Assembly (NCBI GenBank): GCA_050250895.1
Contig: JBFWNU010000004.1
Span: 430,934 to 494,933 of the forward strand
Source: Vulcanimicrobiota bacterium
GTDB taxonomy: Bacteria; Vulcanimicrobiota; Xenobia; Xenobiales; JADMJV01
DNA: 64,000 nucleotides
Direction: 5' to 3'
The notes under the pieces are model-generated. The model ran no database searches, was not told where the DNA came from, and was given only the letters and a program-made list of their open reading frames with translations. Shown one piece after another: positions 46,001-56,389 of this stretch. Each line of letters opens with the position of its first letter. The first letter of the stretch is position 1. The translations under genes and the position numbers were made by a program.

Positions 46001-47323
46001 GTGCCGCGCCAACTCGAAAGCCAGGAAGACCTTTTTCTTGATCCGACCAGCCTCGAGTCGCTCAACCAAACTCTGCAGCCGTACGGGCTGAGCTTTCGCC
46101 TGGCGCGCCGGGACGGTAGCCTGCTTGATGGCGACCTTCCGGCCGGCATCCGGCGCGACCTGCCCATCGAAGTGGCCCACGAAGTGCTGGGTTATCTGGC
46201 CGAGTTCAAGGTTCAGGGCCACGACGGTCCCGATTTCACCACGATGGCGCTCGACATCGTGACCCGCGAGACGAGCGTGCGTTACGAGCTGCAAAGCACG
46301 CTCGAAGAACTGATCTCGAAATACGAAGAACTGACCGTCCTCTATGAATCCGCCGAGACAGTGGCCACGGTCATGAACCTCGACGAGGTCTCGTCGCGCA
46401 TTCTCGACCAGGCCGCCGAAATTCTCGACGTTGACCACGCCTCGCTGATGCTACTCGACGAAGAAGAGGAGTTCCTCGAGGTCAAGGCCGCTCGAGGCAC
46501 GCGCCACGATGTGGTCGGCAAGGTCAGGGTGCAGGTCGGCGAAGAGATTTCGGGCTACGTGGCGCGGGAGGGCAAACCCGTCCTGATCGAGGATCTGAGC
46601 ACCGACGAGCAGTTCGGCCGTAGCGGCCGCGAGGTCGAACAGGCGAATTCGGTCATCTCGGTGCCTCTGAAGGTCAAAGACCGCATTCTGGGCGTGCTTA
46701 ACGTCAACAACAAGAAGAGCGGACTGCCCTTTACCTCGGGCGATCTCAAGCTGCTGATGGCCCTGGCCCAGCTGGCCGCGATTTCGATCCAGAACGCGCG
46801 CACCTATCAGAATGCCATCACCGATCGCCTGACCAGCCTCTATAACTATGGCTATTTCCGCGAACAACTCGACAAAAGCGTGAACTATTGCAAAGAGAAT
46901 GAACTCGAGTTGTCGCTGTTGATGTTCGACATCGACCACTTCAAGAATTTCAACGACGTCAACGGCCATGAGTTGGCCAATGTGGCCCTGGTCGGAGTGG
47001 CCTCGCTGTGCGTCGAGAACTGCCGTCAGAGCGGCGATCGCGTGCCCGACCTGGTGGCCCGCTATGGTGGCGAAGAATTCATGGTATTGCTCACGGGGGT
47101 CAGCAAACAGGCAGCCCATCGCACTGCCGAGCGCATTCGCTCGCGGGTCGAGGGCACCCACTTCGAGGGAGGCCAGAACCAGCCTATGGGCAAGGTGACC
47201 ATCAGCGTTGGTGTGGCTACCTATCCCAGCGACGCCGAGTCGGGCGACGAGCTAATCAATCAGGCCGACGAAGCCCTCTATCGGGCCAAGGGAGCCGGAC
47301 GTAACAATGTCCAACTCGCGTGA
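46001..47323 (+). CDS. GAF-containing diguanylate cyclase
   Basis: DIDHFKNFND..GH, RxxD I-site (RVPD) and RYGGEEF. Confidence 0.9.
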   Translation: MPRQLESQEDLFLDPTSLESLNQTLQPYGLSFRLARRDGSLLDGDLPAGIRRDLPIEVAHEVLGYLAEFKVQGHDGPDFTTMALDIVTRETSVRYELQSTLEELISKYEELTVLYESAETVATVMNLDEVSSRILDQAAEILDVDHASLMLLDEEEEFLEVKAARGTRHDVVGKVRVQVGEEISGYVAREGKPVLIEDLSTDEQFGRSGREVEQANSVISVPLKVKDRILGVLNVNNKKSGLPFTSGDLKLLMALAQLAAISIQNARTYQNAITDRLTSLYNYGYFREQLDKSVNYCKENELELSLLMFDIDHFKNFNDVNGHELANVALVGVASLCVENCRQSGDRVPDLVARYGGEEFMVLLTGVSKQAAHRTAERIRSRVEGTHFEGGQNQPMGKVTISVGVATYPSDAESGDELINQADEALYRAKGAGRNNVQLA

Positions 47324-48473
47324 ACAACCGACCTGGACCGACGACTTTCCAGAGATTCCCGAGAGCGGCTCGATCTTCTGGCCCTCGCTGGTTTTCGGCA
47401 TCGTCTGCCTGGTCATCGGCCTGTATCTGATCCTCACGCCCATCCCCATCGAGACCGATCAGGTTGCCAACCCTCGCCCCAATCCGGTGGTGACCCAAGC
47501 GCCCGACCTGCCGCTCCAGCCCCGCGACGGCCATTTACTGCGCTTTGCCTTTGTCGATAGCGAGGACTCGACTTTCGCGTTCGCGGCCGACGCCATCGCT
47601 CATCGCATGGCCGAGGTCACTCAGGCCAAGACCCGCATCGAGACCTTTCCCAGCGGAGTGGTCGACGGCAAGAAGTGGAAGGGCGAGAAAGACCTGGTCG
47701 ACCTGGTTCGCAAGGGCGATATCGAGATGTGTCTGTGCAGCACTTCGCCTCTGACCAGCTACAGCCACGAGTTGGATGTGCTCGACCTCCCTTTCCTTTT
47801 CACCAGCTACGAGCACGCCGAACGGGTGTTGGACGGCCCCGTGGGACGGCACCTGCTGACCGTGCTCGAACCGTATGACCTGGAGGGCCTGGGCTATCTC
47901 GAGCTGGGGTTTCGCGTGTTTAGCACCTCTGACCCCATGCCCACCCTGGCCGACTTCAAGGGCAAAGACCTGAGAGTCATGCAGAGCGTCACGGCCTCGC
48001 AGATGGTCAAGGCGCTGGGCGCCAACCCGGTGACCTCCGAGGTGGGCCAGATCTACAAGATGGCCGAAGAGGGAAATATCGACGGCGCCGACCGGACTTT
48101 TCCCACCTATTGGGACTTTGGCCTCAACGCGGTGCACCGTTTTGTGACCGACACCAAACACACCTATTCGACCAAGATGGTCCTGATCAATTTGCGCACC
48201 TGGAACTCGCTCTCGCAAACCGAGCAAGAGCATCTGCGGTCGGTGGTCAAAGAAGTCGCCGTCCTGCAACGCGAGCGCCAGCGCCAGGCCGACGAAGATG
48301 TCAAAGAACGCTGCCGCCAGGAGAACATCCGTATCTTCGAACTCTCGCCCGCCGAGCGAGCCAAGTTCGTCAAAGCTTCGCGACCCCTCTATGAGCACTT
48401 TCGCAAGCCTGGCAACGAAGTGCTCGAACAGCGCAGTCGACTGCTCGACCAGGTCTTGCAACTGGCCGATTGA
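47307..48473 (+). CDS. dctP: TRAP substrate-binding protein (DctP family) with N-terminal membrane anchor
   Basis: LDLPFLF, GFRVF, DFKGKDLRV, ALGANP, IDGAD. Confidence 0.8.
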   Translation: MSNSREQPTWTDDFPEIPESGSIFWPSLVFGIVCLVIGLYLILTPIPIETDQVANPRPNPVVTQAPDLPLQPRDGHLLRFAFVDSEDSTFAFAADAIAHRMAEVTQAKTRIETFPSGVVDGKKWKGEKDLVDLVRKGDIEMCLCSTSPLTSYSHELDVLDLPFLFTSYEHAERVLDGPVGRHLLTVLEPYDLEGLGYLELGFRVFSTSDPMPTLADFKGKDLRVMQSVTASQMVKALGANPVTSEVGQIYKMAEEGNIDGADRTFPTYWDFGLNAVHRFVTDTKHTYSTKMVLINLRTWNSLSQTEQEHLRSVVKEVAVLQRERQRQADEDVKERCRQENIRIFELSPAERAKFVKASRPLYEHFRKPGNEVLEQRSRLLDQVLQLAD

Positions 48474-49351
48474 TGCACGGCCTGAGGCTGCCCCGCCAAC
48501 AAGCCTGGGACTCGCAGTTTCCCCCGCTGTGTATGCTGTGCGGTCGCAAACCCCATAACCACCGCCACGAACGCTATCTGACCGCCCATCCCTGGCCGGT
48601 TCGGTTGCTGTTCGGGCCGCTGGCCGAGCGCTTGAGCCAGTGCTCGCTGCGCATCTATGTGCAGGTCTGTCGAGATTGCTGGCCTCTTTATCGCTTTCGG
48701 CTTGGCTGGGATTGGCTCGGCTACTTGACCGTGCTGGGCTTGGCCCTGGCCACCGCGGCCCGGCCCGAAATCTGGCCAACCCTTCCCTCGGCCGTGCTGG
48801 TCTGGGTCCTGCTCCGCTTCACCTGGCTCCGTCGTTACGGCCTGGCCTGCACTGCGCTCGACGAAGGGAACATCACTCTGAGCTTGCCCAACCAGGAGTT
48901 CGCCAGAGCCGTGGCCCAACGCGAGCCTGAACCCGAGGTCCCACCGCTTCAGCCCGGCGCCGATTCGCCGATGCTTGCCCTACCCCAAGAGTTGCCTCCC
49001 TTGCTGAGGGCCGTCCGGGATGGAGAAATCGAACTGGTCCGGCAAGCCCTGGCCCGCGGCGAGGCCGTCGACGGAGAGTTGTCCGCCCTGCACGTGGCGG
49101 CCATCAGCGGGTCGATGGAAGTAGCCCGGTTGCTGCTGGACCACCCCCACGATCTCGAAGCCCGCTGGGCTGGCTCGACACCGCTGATGCTGGCCGTCAT
49201 CTTCACCAACTCGAACCTGGCCGGACTGCTGCTCAGCCGAGGAGCCGACGCCCGGGCCACCGACCCGCAGGGACGCACCGTGCTGGATCACGCCCGCCGG
49301 ATCGAAGGCCGACCCGGCCAGCAAATGCTGAATATCCTCGGTTCGTCGTGA
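48473..49351 (+). CDS. Membrane protein with two CxxC motifs and C-terminal ankyrin repeats
   Basis: CMLCG, CRDC, 2 TM segments, SALHVAA, TPLMLAV. Confidence 0.7.
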   Translation: MHGLRLPRQQAWDSQFPPLCMLCGRKPHNHRHERYLTAHPWPVRLLFGPLAERLSQCSLRIYVQVCRDCWPLYRFRLGWDWLGYLTVLGLALATAARPEIWPTLPSAVLVWVLLRFTWLRRYGLACTALDEGNITLSLPNQEFARAVAQREPEPEVPPLQPGADSPMLALPQELPPLLRAVRDGEIELVRQALARGEAVDGELSALHVAAISGSMEVARLLLDHPHDLEARWAGSTPLMLAVIFTNSNLAGLLLSRGADARATDPQGRTVLDHARRIEGRPGQQMLNILGSS

Positions 49352-49402
49352 GGTTTACAAGTTCTTCGCCTGCCCGGCTCCCCCATGGTCCATGCTGGAA
49401 GG

Positions 49403-50086
49403 GTGAAGAAGTGGCTGATCATCCTGGTCCTGTTGCTGTCCGGGGACACCCTGGCCCAGGGCATCCCCATGGTCGCCTCGCAGGCCAAGGCGGCTCCCAC
49501 ACCGCGCCCCGCCGCCGCACCAGTGGCCAGGCCAGCGCCGGCCGCGCGACCGGCCGCCCGGCCCTCCTCGTGCGCCGTCCGCCGCCCCTCTAGCCACCAC
49601 CGTCCTAGAACCGTCAGGCCCCACGTCAGCTCGTACCGTCGTAACCCCTACCGGGGCTACGGCTACCAGGGCTACGGCTACCAGGGTTACGCCCTGGCCA
49701 CCCCCCAGTCTTATCAGGTCCCCACTCGGCGCGCCTTCACATCCAGCGTCGAGCGCGGCTCGGCCCCGGCCCAGCCTGATCCCCGCAGCCGGCTCGCCCA
49801 CAAATTCCGGGCCACTATCCATGACTTCGTGCGCTCGAACTCTCTGGCCGGAGCGTTCTTGCTCAAAGATCCACGCGCCAACGCTTCCTGGCTGCTCGAC
49901 TACGCCGGGGCTTTTCGCTATGACTGGACTCCCGGGGCGCTGAGCGTGGTGGTGCCTTTCCGCGGTCGCCTCGGCAGCGACCCCCGCGAGCATCGAGTCG
50001 ATGTCCGTTTCCGTTTTGCCTCGGACAGTTTTGACCCTCAGCTGTTGGGCGCCGACATCGTGGCTGTCGACGGATTTCCTCGCTAG
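49403..50086 (+). CDS. Hypothetical exported protein with a Pro/Ala/Arg- and GY-rich low-complexity region
   Basis: Signal-like KKWLIILVLLLSG and GYGYQ repeats. Confidence 0.6.
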   Translation: MKKWLIILVLLLSGDTLAQGIPMVASQAKAAPTPRPAAAPVARPAPAARPAARPSSCAVRRPSSHHRPRTVRPHVSSYRRNPYRGYGYQGYGYQGYALATPQSYQVPTRRAFTSSVERGSAPAQPDPRSRLAHKFRATIHDFVRSNSLAGAFLLKDPRANASWLLDYAGAFRYDWTPGALSVVVPFRGRLGSDPREHRVDVRFRFASDSFDPQLLGADIVAVDGFPR

Positions 50087-50179
50087 TTCTCGCACCCGGG
50101 GATGCCCCCATCCGCCCCCCTCGAAGGAAGAGAAATCTCTAGCGCCCCTTTAGCATGGGCTAAAAAGGAGAGCATCGCT

Positions 50180-51070
50180 ATGAAAATTGCCGTGGGAATT
50201 CCCAACAGTCTGGCCGGAACACCCGGCCGCGTCTTTACCGAGTGGGCCACTTTAGCCGAAGAGTGTGGCTTCTCGAGCCTGGGCAGCATCGGCCGCATCG
50301 CCTTTGACAGCCACGAAGAACTGATGACTTTTGCCGCCTGTGCGGCTGTTACCCAACGCATCGGCTTTCTGACCACCGTGCTCCTTGGCCCGGTCCGGGA
50401 GACGGCCCTGTTGGCCAAGCAGGCAGCCACGCTGGATAGCCTTTCGGGAGGCCGCTTCAAGCTGGGTCTGGGGCTGGGGGCCCGAGAGGACGACTATACG
50501 GTCACCGACACTCCCTTCGCCCAGCGAGGCGACCAGCTCGAAGAGCAACTCAAGACCCTGAAGGCTATCTGGCGGGGCGAGCACATTCGGGGCATCGACG
50601 CTGCCGTCGGACCCAGGCCCTTCACCGCCGGTGGTCCCCGGGTTATCCTCTCGGGACGTGCCGAGGCCCCGATCAAAAGGGCCGGCCGCATGGCGGACGG
50701 GTTCGTGGCTACTCCCGTCGGCCCCGAGGGCAGTCAAGAGCAGTTCGAACTGGTAAAGCAGGCCTGGAACGACCGTCCCGGTTACCCGTACCTGGGCGGC
50801 TCCTGCTATTTCGCCCTTGGTCCCGAGGTCCAGGAACAGGCCGAGGCCAACGTGCGTGACTACTATGCCTTTGGTGGAGAAGAATTCATCAACACCATCC
50901 TCGATGGACTGATTCGCTCACCCCAACAGGCACGCGAAATCGTCGAGGGAATGGAGCAAACCGACGCCGAGGAGTTCTTCTTCTGGCCGGTGGTCCCCCA
51001 TCTCGACCAGTTGACCAGGCTCTCGGACTGCCTGGCTATGACTGGCGCCGAACGGGCAGCACGAAGGTAA
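50180..51070 (+). CDS. LLM-class flavin-dependent oxidoreductase
   Basis: AAVTQRIG, LAKQAATLDSLSGGRFKLGLG. RBS AAGGAG. Confidence 0.88.
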   Translation: MKIAVGIPNSLAGTPGRVFTEWATLAEECGFSSLGSIGRIAFDSHEELMTFAACAAVTQRIGFLTTVLLGPVRETALLAKQAATLDSLSGGRFKLGLGLGAREDDYTVTDTPFAQRGDQLEEQLKTLKAIWRGEHIRGIDAAVGPRPFTAGGPRVILSGRAEAPIKRAGRMADGFVATPVGPEGSQEQFELVKQAWNDRPGYPYLGGSCYFALGPEVQEQAEANVRDYYAFGGEEFINTILDGLIRSPQQAREIVEGMEQTDAEEFFFWPVVPHLDQLTRLSDCLAMTGAERAARR

Positions 51071-52082
51071 AGGTCGCGCCTTGCTCGGGGCGGCTCAAGA
51101 CGCTGACCCGGCCGCCGTGACGCTCGGCCACTTCCTTGACCACGGCCAGGCCCAGCCCGGTGCCGCCCAGTTCGGCGGCCGGCCCTTTGGTAACCCGATA
51201 AAACTGCTCGAAGATCCGCTCTTGTTCGTCTTCGGCGATGCCTGGGCCGGTGTCACTGACGGTGATGACGATGTCGTCGTCGACCAGGCGAGCTTGCAAG
51301 CGAACTTTGCCATAGCCCATCAGGCCCGTACACTTGACGGCGTTGTCGATGAGGTTGACCACGGCTTTGCGCAACCCGTCGGCATCGACTTCGGGAATGG
51401 GTAGCCCGTCCGAGATAGAGACCTCGAGGGCCAGATTCTTCTGAGCCGCCACCTGCTCGAACATCTCGGCACAGGCCTGCAGCAGCGGAGCCAGCTCGGT
51501 GGCCAGGGCCGGTCCGGCGGCTGCCTTGCCAGAGGCTTCTTCGAGGGACATCACCAGGCGGGCCAGACGGTTGGTCTCGTCGTTGATGACCTGCAAGAAG
51601 CGCCGGGTCACCTCTTGACTGGTGTAGGCTCCCTCGAGCAGCGTCTCGACATAACCTTTGATGGCGGTGAGGGGCAGGCGCAACTGCGAGTTGATGTCGA
51701 CCAGAAACTGGTCGATTCCCTTCTCGATCTTCTGCACCGCAGCCATGTCTTTAAGGGTGGCGATGGCGCCCTGGTGGCGCCCTTCTTCGCCCATCACCGG
51801 CTTGATCTGAGCCACGAAGACCCGATCACCCGGAAGGACGACCACCTGCTCGACGGGAGTGGGATCCGATTCTTTCACCTGCTGACTCAGCGCGCGGGTG
51901 AAGTCGTTGATAGGCAACACATCCCAGAACTTCTCGTTCTCGAACTCGAGCCCCACCCCGAAAAGATCCCGCATGGCGGGATTGAGAAAGCGTATGCGAC
52001 CAGACCGGTCTACCGCCAGACAGGCGTCTTCGAGGTTGTCGAGCAGAGCCTCGATCAGTTGTCCGCGGACTCTACGCGCCAA
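51036..52082 (-). CDS. PAS-containing histidine-kinase-like protein (PhoR-like) lacking the H-box His
   Basis: INSQLRLPLTAIKGYVETL in place of SHELRTPL. NLIDNAVK, DTGPGI, GGTGLGL present. Confidence 0.8.
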   Translation of the reverse strand: MARRVRGQLIEALLDNLEDACLAVDRSGRIRFLNPAMRDLFGVGLEFENEKFWDVLPINDFTRALSQQVKESDPTPVEQVVVLPGDRVFVAQIKPVMGEEGRHQGAIATLKDMAAVQKIEKGIDQFLVDINSQLRLPLTAIKGYVETLLEGAYTSQEVTRRFLQVINDETNRLARLVMSLEEASGKAAAGPALATELAPLLQACAEMFEQVAAQKNLALEVSISDGLPIPEVDADGLRKAVVNLIDNAVKCTGLMGYGKVRLQARLVDDDIVITVSDTGPGIAEDEQERIFEQFYRVTKGPAAELGGTGLGLAVVKEVAERHGGRVSVLSRPEQGATFTFVLPVRRQS

Positions 52083-52085
52083 GTG

Positions 52086-52784
52086 CTAGTTGTCGGGGTC
52101 TTCGTACTGGAATTTATAGCCGATACCGTGCACGGTCTTGAGCAACTTCGGCGAGGAGGGCTCGTCTTCAATCTTTTGACGCAGGCGCCGCATGTGCACA
52201 TCGACGGTGCGAGTGTCGCCCAGGTAGTCGTAGCCCCACAACTGCTCGAGCAAGAAGTCGCGGGTGAACACCTTGCCGGGGTTGGTCGACATCAGCTTGA
52301 GCAGGTCGAACTCTTTCGGCTTGAGTTCGACCTCTTTGCCGTTCTTGCGCACCTCGTGTTTGACCAGATTGATGGAGAGGTTGCCGAAAGAGAGCTCGTC
52401 TTTCTCTTCGGCTTTGCCGCTGGTGCGACGCAGTACGGCTTTCACACGGGCCACCAGTTCGCGGGGAGAGAACGGCTTGGGCACATAGTCGTCGGCACCA
52501 AGTTCGAGACCCAGGATCTTGTCGATCTCTTCGCCTTTGGCGGTGGCCATGATGATGGGAGTCTTCATCTCGCGCCGCAGGATACGGGTCACCTCGAGAC
52601 CGCCCTGCCCGGGCAGCATGATGTCGAGGATGATCAGATCCGGGCGATCTTGCTTGGCAATGTTGACCGCCTCGATACCATCGTAGGCGCAGATCACCTC
52701 GTAGCCTTCTTTCTCAAGGTTGTACTTGATCAACTCGACGATATTGCGCTCGTCGTCGACTACGAGAATCCTCTCCTTGGCCAT
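52086..52784 (-). CDS. OmpR/PhoB-family response regulator
   Basis: VVDDE, LDIMLP, GADDY, RTVDVHMRRLRQKIE, TVHGIGY. Confidence 0.92.
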   Translation of the reverse strand: MAKERILVVDDERNIVELIKYNLEKEGYEVICAYDGIEAVNIAKQDRPDLIILDIMLPGQGGLEVTRILRREMKTPIIMATAKGEEIDKILGLELGADDYVPKPFSPRELVARVKAVLRRTSGKAEEKDELSFGNLSINLVKHEVRKNGKEVELKPKEFDLLKLMSTNPGKVFTRDFLLEQLWGYDYLGDTRTVDVHMRRLRQKIEDEPSSPKLLKTVHGIGYKFQYEDPDN

Positions 52785-52930
52785 GAAACTCCCCTGCCTT
52801 CCATTACTGTTGGTCGCGTGATCGGCTATAGCCCGCGACAGCGCTTGCACCCGGCTTACGCCGTGGGTGCGACAAAACTACCGTTCGGGTCCCGCCCTAT
52901 TTCCTTGTCGCAATTGAATTATCCTCCACC

Positions 52931-53707
52931 TCAAAGAGTCACGGCTGTCAAGAGCCGTCCCGTCCGTCCTTTTTCACGCCGATAGGAAAAGAACAGATCA
53001 GGACGCTCGAAAGTGCACAACTCGCAGGCGAAAATCTGCTCGGAAGGCACCCCGCTCTGGCACAGGACCTGACGGTTCGCCTCCCACAGATTGATGGCCC
53101 ATTTGTTAGTCCGCTTGACCACCAAATCCTGCCCGGAGAAGCGATGCTCGAAGGGCTCGGCCACATCGGCATCGACCAGGAAGGCGTCGGGGCCGATGGC
53201 CGGGGCCAGGGCCACTCTGAGATCGCAGGGGCGGGTCCCATAGTGGGCGGTCATGGCCTCGATGGTGCTGCGAGCAATGCCGCCAACGGTGCCGCGCCAG
53301 CCAGCGTGGGCCAAGCCCACGGCTTTACGGACGGGATCGTGAAAGATGATGGGGACGCAGTCGGCGGTCGTGATCGACATGGGAAGGCCGGGGCAATCAG
53401 TGATGCAGGCGTCGGCCCTCGGCCGACCGGCCAGAGGCTCGGCCAGCACGGCCACCTCGGTGCCGTGGACCATGCTCAGGGTCCAGGGAACAGCCTCGAA
53501 GCCGAGCGCACGAGCGAACCGGCCACGGTTGACATCGACGGCGGTCGCCTCGTCACCGGCGGTATACCCGAGATTCAGGCTCTCGAAAGCGCCCTGACTG
53601 ACCCCGCCCAGACGGGTAGAACTGCCGTGAGGAGCACCCAGCGCCGGGAACTGAACCACGGTCAACTCTTCGCCATCGACCTCGACGCTCGTCAGTGTGT
53701 AGTCCAC
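52931..53707 (-). CDS. pgeF: Peptidoglycan editing factor PgeF (YfiH/laccase domain)
   Basis: TRLGGVS..FESLNLG, VHG, TADCVP, HAGWRG, FFSYRR. Confidence 0.9.
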   Translation of the reverse strand: MDYTLTSVEVDGEELTVVQFPALGAPHGSSTRLGGVSQGAFESLNLGYTAGDEATAVDVNRGRFARALGFEAVPWTLSMVHGTEVAVLAEPLAGRPRADACITDCPGLPMSITTADCVPIIFHDPVRKAVGLAHAGWRGTVGGIARSTIEAMTAHYGTRPCDLRVALAPAIGPDAFLVDADVAEPFEHRFSGQDLVVKRTNKWAINLWEANRQVLCQSGVPSEQIFACELCTFERPDLFFSYRREKGRTGRLLTAVTL

Positions 53708-53780
53708 CTGACCGCCTTCGGTCGATCAAACGAGCGTCCTCCTGCAGGGGGATATGGGCCAGGGCAGGGAATTATCCCGC

Positions 53781-54242
53781 GTGAAAAGACTTCTGGGCAT
53801 GGTGGCGATGGTGGTGTTGCTGTCGCTGTCGGCCGGCGCCGACGACCTGACCACCACCATTTTCAAACTGGTGAATGGCCAACGCGCGGGCGGAGGCGCT
53901 CGCCCTCTGACGACCAGAGACGAGCTGACCCGAGCCGCCTTGAGTCACAGCAAAGAGATGCTCAGGCTCAACTACTTTGACCACGTCTCTCCTACGCCTG
54001 GCAGAACCGATTTTTGGGACCGCATCATCCGCGAAGGCTACGACCCTCGCGCCTCGGCCGAGAACCTCTACCGCGGCTTTGCGATGCCGGTTTCGGCCCA
54101 GGCCCAAGAAGTGCTCACCCTGTGGCTCAACCACCCGGGTCACCGTCGCAACATGCTCAGCAGCAAGTATCATCGCGCCGGCATCGGCATGGCGAGCGAC
54201 GGCAAAGTGATTTACGTGACCATGGTCTTCGCCAACGAGTGA
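53781..54242 (+). CDS. CAP (SCP) domain secreted protein
   Basis: HSKEM...YFDH, AENL, W..HPGHRRNML, GIG. Confidence 0.85.
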   Translation: MKRLLGMVAMVVLLSLSAGADDLTTTIFKLVNGQRAGGGARPLTTRDELTRAALSHSKEMLRLNYFDHVSPTPGRTDFWDRIIREGYDPRASAENLYRGFAMPVSAQAQEVLTLWLNHPGHRRNMLSSKYHRAGIGMASDGKVIYVTMVFANE

Positions 54243-55927
54243 CCAAAGCGCTGAGTGCGGGCGCGCTGGTTGTCTTTGAGCAGGCGGTCCCGTGGCCAGG
54301 AGGCGGCAATGTGGCCCCAGGGCAAGGTTTCGTCAGGGCCCCGCTCGCGATAGTTCTCCTGCTCGAGCGACATGCCCTCGGCCTCGAGGGCCTTCATCCA
54401 GGCCGAGAAGGTAGGTCGGCGATAGACCCGAGCCAGAACTTTGCCCATCCGGCGGTCGGCTCGGGCCAGCAGACCCTCCAGCGTGGCCCAGCGGGGGCTC
54501 TCGGCGTTGACCTTCACCCCGCCCTCGCGGGCCAGGGCCTTCTTGACCACGTTCATCCGTTGGCTGGCCACGTCCATCCGTTCCTGGGCGTTCCACTGGT
54601 ACGGGGTCAGCGGCTTGGGCACGAACAAACCCAGAGATAGAGTAATGCGCCCGCCGGCCTGACCGTGGCGACGCTGCACCGCTCGGGTCTCGAGCACCAT
54701 TTCCACCAGCGCGTCCATGTCGGTGGGCAACTCGTTGGGCAATCCCACCATCGAATACATCCTTAGGTTCTTGATACCCTGGGCAAAAGCGCGCCCGGCC
54801 GCCTCATAGTAGCATTCATCCGAAAAACGTTTATTGATGGACTTGCGCAGGTCCTCAGAACCGGTCTCGGGGGCCAGGGTCATGGTCTTGGAGCCGCTCT
54901 TGACGATGGCCTCAATCATCTCGTCGGGCAACTGATCGGCCCGCAAGGAAGAGAAGGATACCGAGAGATCGGCGCCCATGATGCGCCGGCAAAGTTCTTT
55001 GATCTCGGGATGGTTGCCAACCGTGGCCGAGATCAGGCCGACCTTGGGGTTGTGCTCGGCCACCCGCTCGATGGCCCGCCACAGGTGGTCGATGGGCTTC
55101 CAGCGGACCTTGGGATAGGAAAAGCCCACCGTGCAGAACCGGCAAACGTAGGGGCAACCCCGGGAAACCTCGAGCAGAAAAGAGCGAGAGAACTCGGTAT
55201 CGTCGGTAAGGATCAGCGAATGGGTGTCTTGCTCGGCAAATTCTTCCCGGCTGATGTAGTTCTTGAAGACCTTCTCGGGTGCGCCCCCGCTGGGCTCGAG
55301 CGACTGCAGCATGCCCTCGGCATAGACCGGCTGATAAAGGCTGGGAACATACAGACCCGGGGTCTGGGCCAGGGCTTCGAGCCGGGCCCGGCGCTCCAGG
55401 TCGCGATGCTGGCGCAGCGACTCGACAATAGGCTCGACCATCCCCTCGCCTTCGCCTACACAGAAGAGATCGACGAAGTCGGCGATCGGTTCGGGGTTGA
55501 GCAGCGTGACGGCGCCCCCCACCATGACCAGGGGGTCGTCCTGGCCGCGCTCGGCCGAAAACAGGGGCAGGCCGGCCATCTCTAACATCGTCAGCAGGTT
55601 GACATAATCGTTCTCATAGGCGCAAGTGAACGCGACCAGATCGAACTCCCCCACCGGCCGCTGGCTCTCGAGGGTGAACAGATGGCGGCCGCATTGGCGG
55701 TATTCGGCCATCTCGTCGTCGTCAGGCAGGAAGAAGCGCTCGCAAGTGACTCCGGGCAAACGATTGAGAAAGCCGTAAACCAGCTGCAGTCCCAGGTTGG
55801 ACATCCCCACGTAGTAGGTGTTGGGGTAGCCCAGCGCCACCCGGATGTCGCCACCAGCCGCTGGCCGCAGCAGGGCAATCTCGCCGGCCAACCGCTTTTC
55901 GGCATTCTTGATGAGTTTCCACGACAT
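54212..55927 (-). CDS. Radical SAM protein (B12-binding-like, TIGR03960-type architecture)
   Basis: YPNTYYVGMSNLG, EVSRGCPYVCRFC, LAPETGSE, FVPKPLTPYQW. Confidence 0.88.
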   Translation of the reverse strand: MSWKLIKNAEKRLAGEIALLRPAAGGDIRVALGYPNTYYVGMSNLGLQLVYGFLNRLPGVTCERFFLPDDDEMAEYRQCGRHLFTLESQRPVGEFDLVAFTCAYENDYVNLLTMLEMAGLPLFSAERGQDDPLVMVGGAVTLLNPEPIADFVDLFCVGEGEGMVEPIVESLRQHRDLERRARLEALAQTPGLYVPSLYQPVYAEGMLQSLEPSGGAPEKVFKNYISREEFAEQDTHSLILTDDTEFSRSFLLEVSRGCPYVCRFCTVGFSYPKVRWKPIDHLWRAIERVAEHNPKVGLISATVGNHPEIKELCRRIMGADLSVSFSSLRADQLPDEMIEAIVKSGSKTMTLAPETGSEDLRKSINKRFSDECYYEAAGRAFAQGIKNLRMYSMVGLPNELPTDMDALVEMVLETRAVQRRHGQAGGRITLSLGLFVPKPLTPYQWNAQERMDVASQRMNVVKKALAREGGVKVNAESPRWATLEGLLARADRRMGKVLARVYRRPTFSAWMKALEAEGMSLEQENYRERGPDETLPWGHIAASWPRDRLLKDNQRARTQRFGHSLAKTMVT

Positions 55928-55988
55928 TTGGGGCCAGTGTAGCACAAGCCCGCAAGGGGGGCCACGCTCGGGCCAAGAATGGCCAGCT

Positions 55989-56384
55989 ATGAAGATCGCA
56001 TTCCTATGCACCGGCGCGCTGGGCTTGTTACTGTTCTGCCTGAGCATGCTGGTCTCGTATCACCGCCTCTCCAAGCGCCAGGCCCTGGGACCGGGAGAAG
56101 ACCCCAAAGGGCCGCTGAGCAAAGCCTGCATCGCTCAGTCGAACACGGCTCAGTACGCGCCCATGCTGGCCGTGCTGATGATCACCCTGCAGATTTACGG
56201 CTCGCCCAACTGGCTGGTGTGGGTCTCGACGGCCGCCGTGCTTGGTCGTTATCTTTACGCCGCCGCCATCCTGACCGCCGAGGACCCGCGCAAGTTCAGT
56301 CCACTCAAAGCTACCGGGGTGGGGCTGACCTACGTCTCGGGCGCGCTGATGTCGCTGGCTCTGTTCGTGCAGGCAATGCGATGA
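55989..56384 (+). CDS. MAPEG-family membrane protein
   Basis: AQSNTAQYAP and GRYLYA; 4 TM segments. Confidence 0.75.
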   Translation: MKIAFLCTGALGLLLFCLSMLVSYHRLSKRQALGPGEDPKGPLSKACIAQSNTAQYAPMLAVLMITLQIYGSPNWLVWVSTAAVLGRYLYAAAILTAEDPRKFSPLKATGVGLTYVSGALMSLALFVQAMR

Positions 56385-56389
56385 AGGGC

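Noticed and set aside
49640-49700. GGCTACGGCTACCAG repeats (GYGYQ) as another precursor
   Set aside because: Only two to three short units inside an exported protein, with no modifying enzymes adjacent.
51615-52985. 456-aa plus-strand ORF
   Set aside because: Antisense shadow of the two-component genes.
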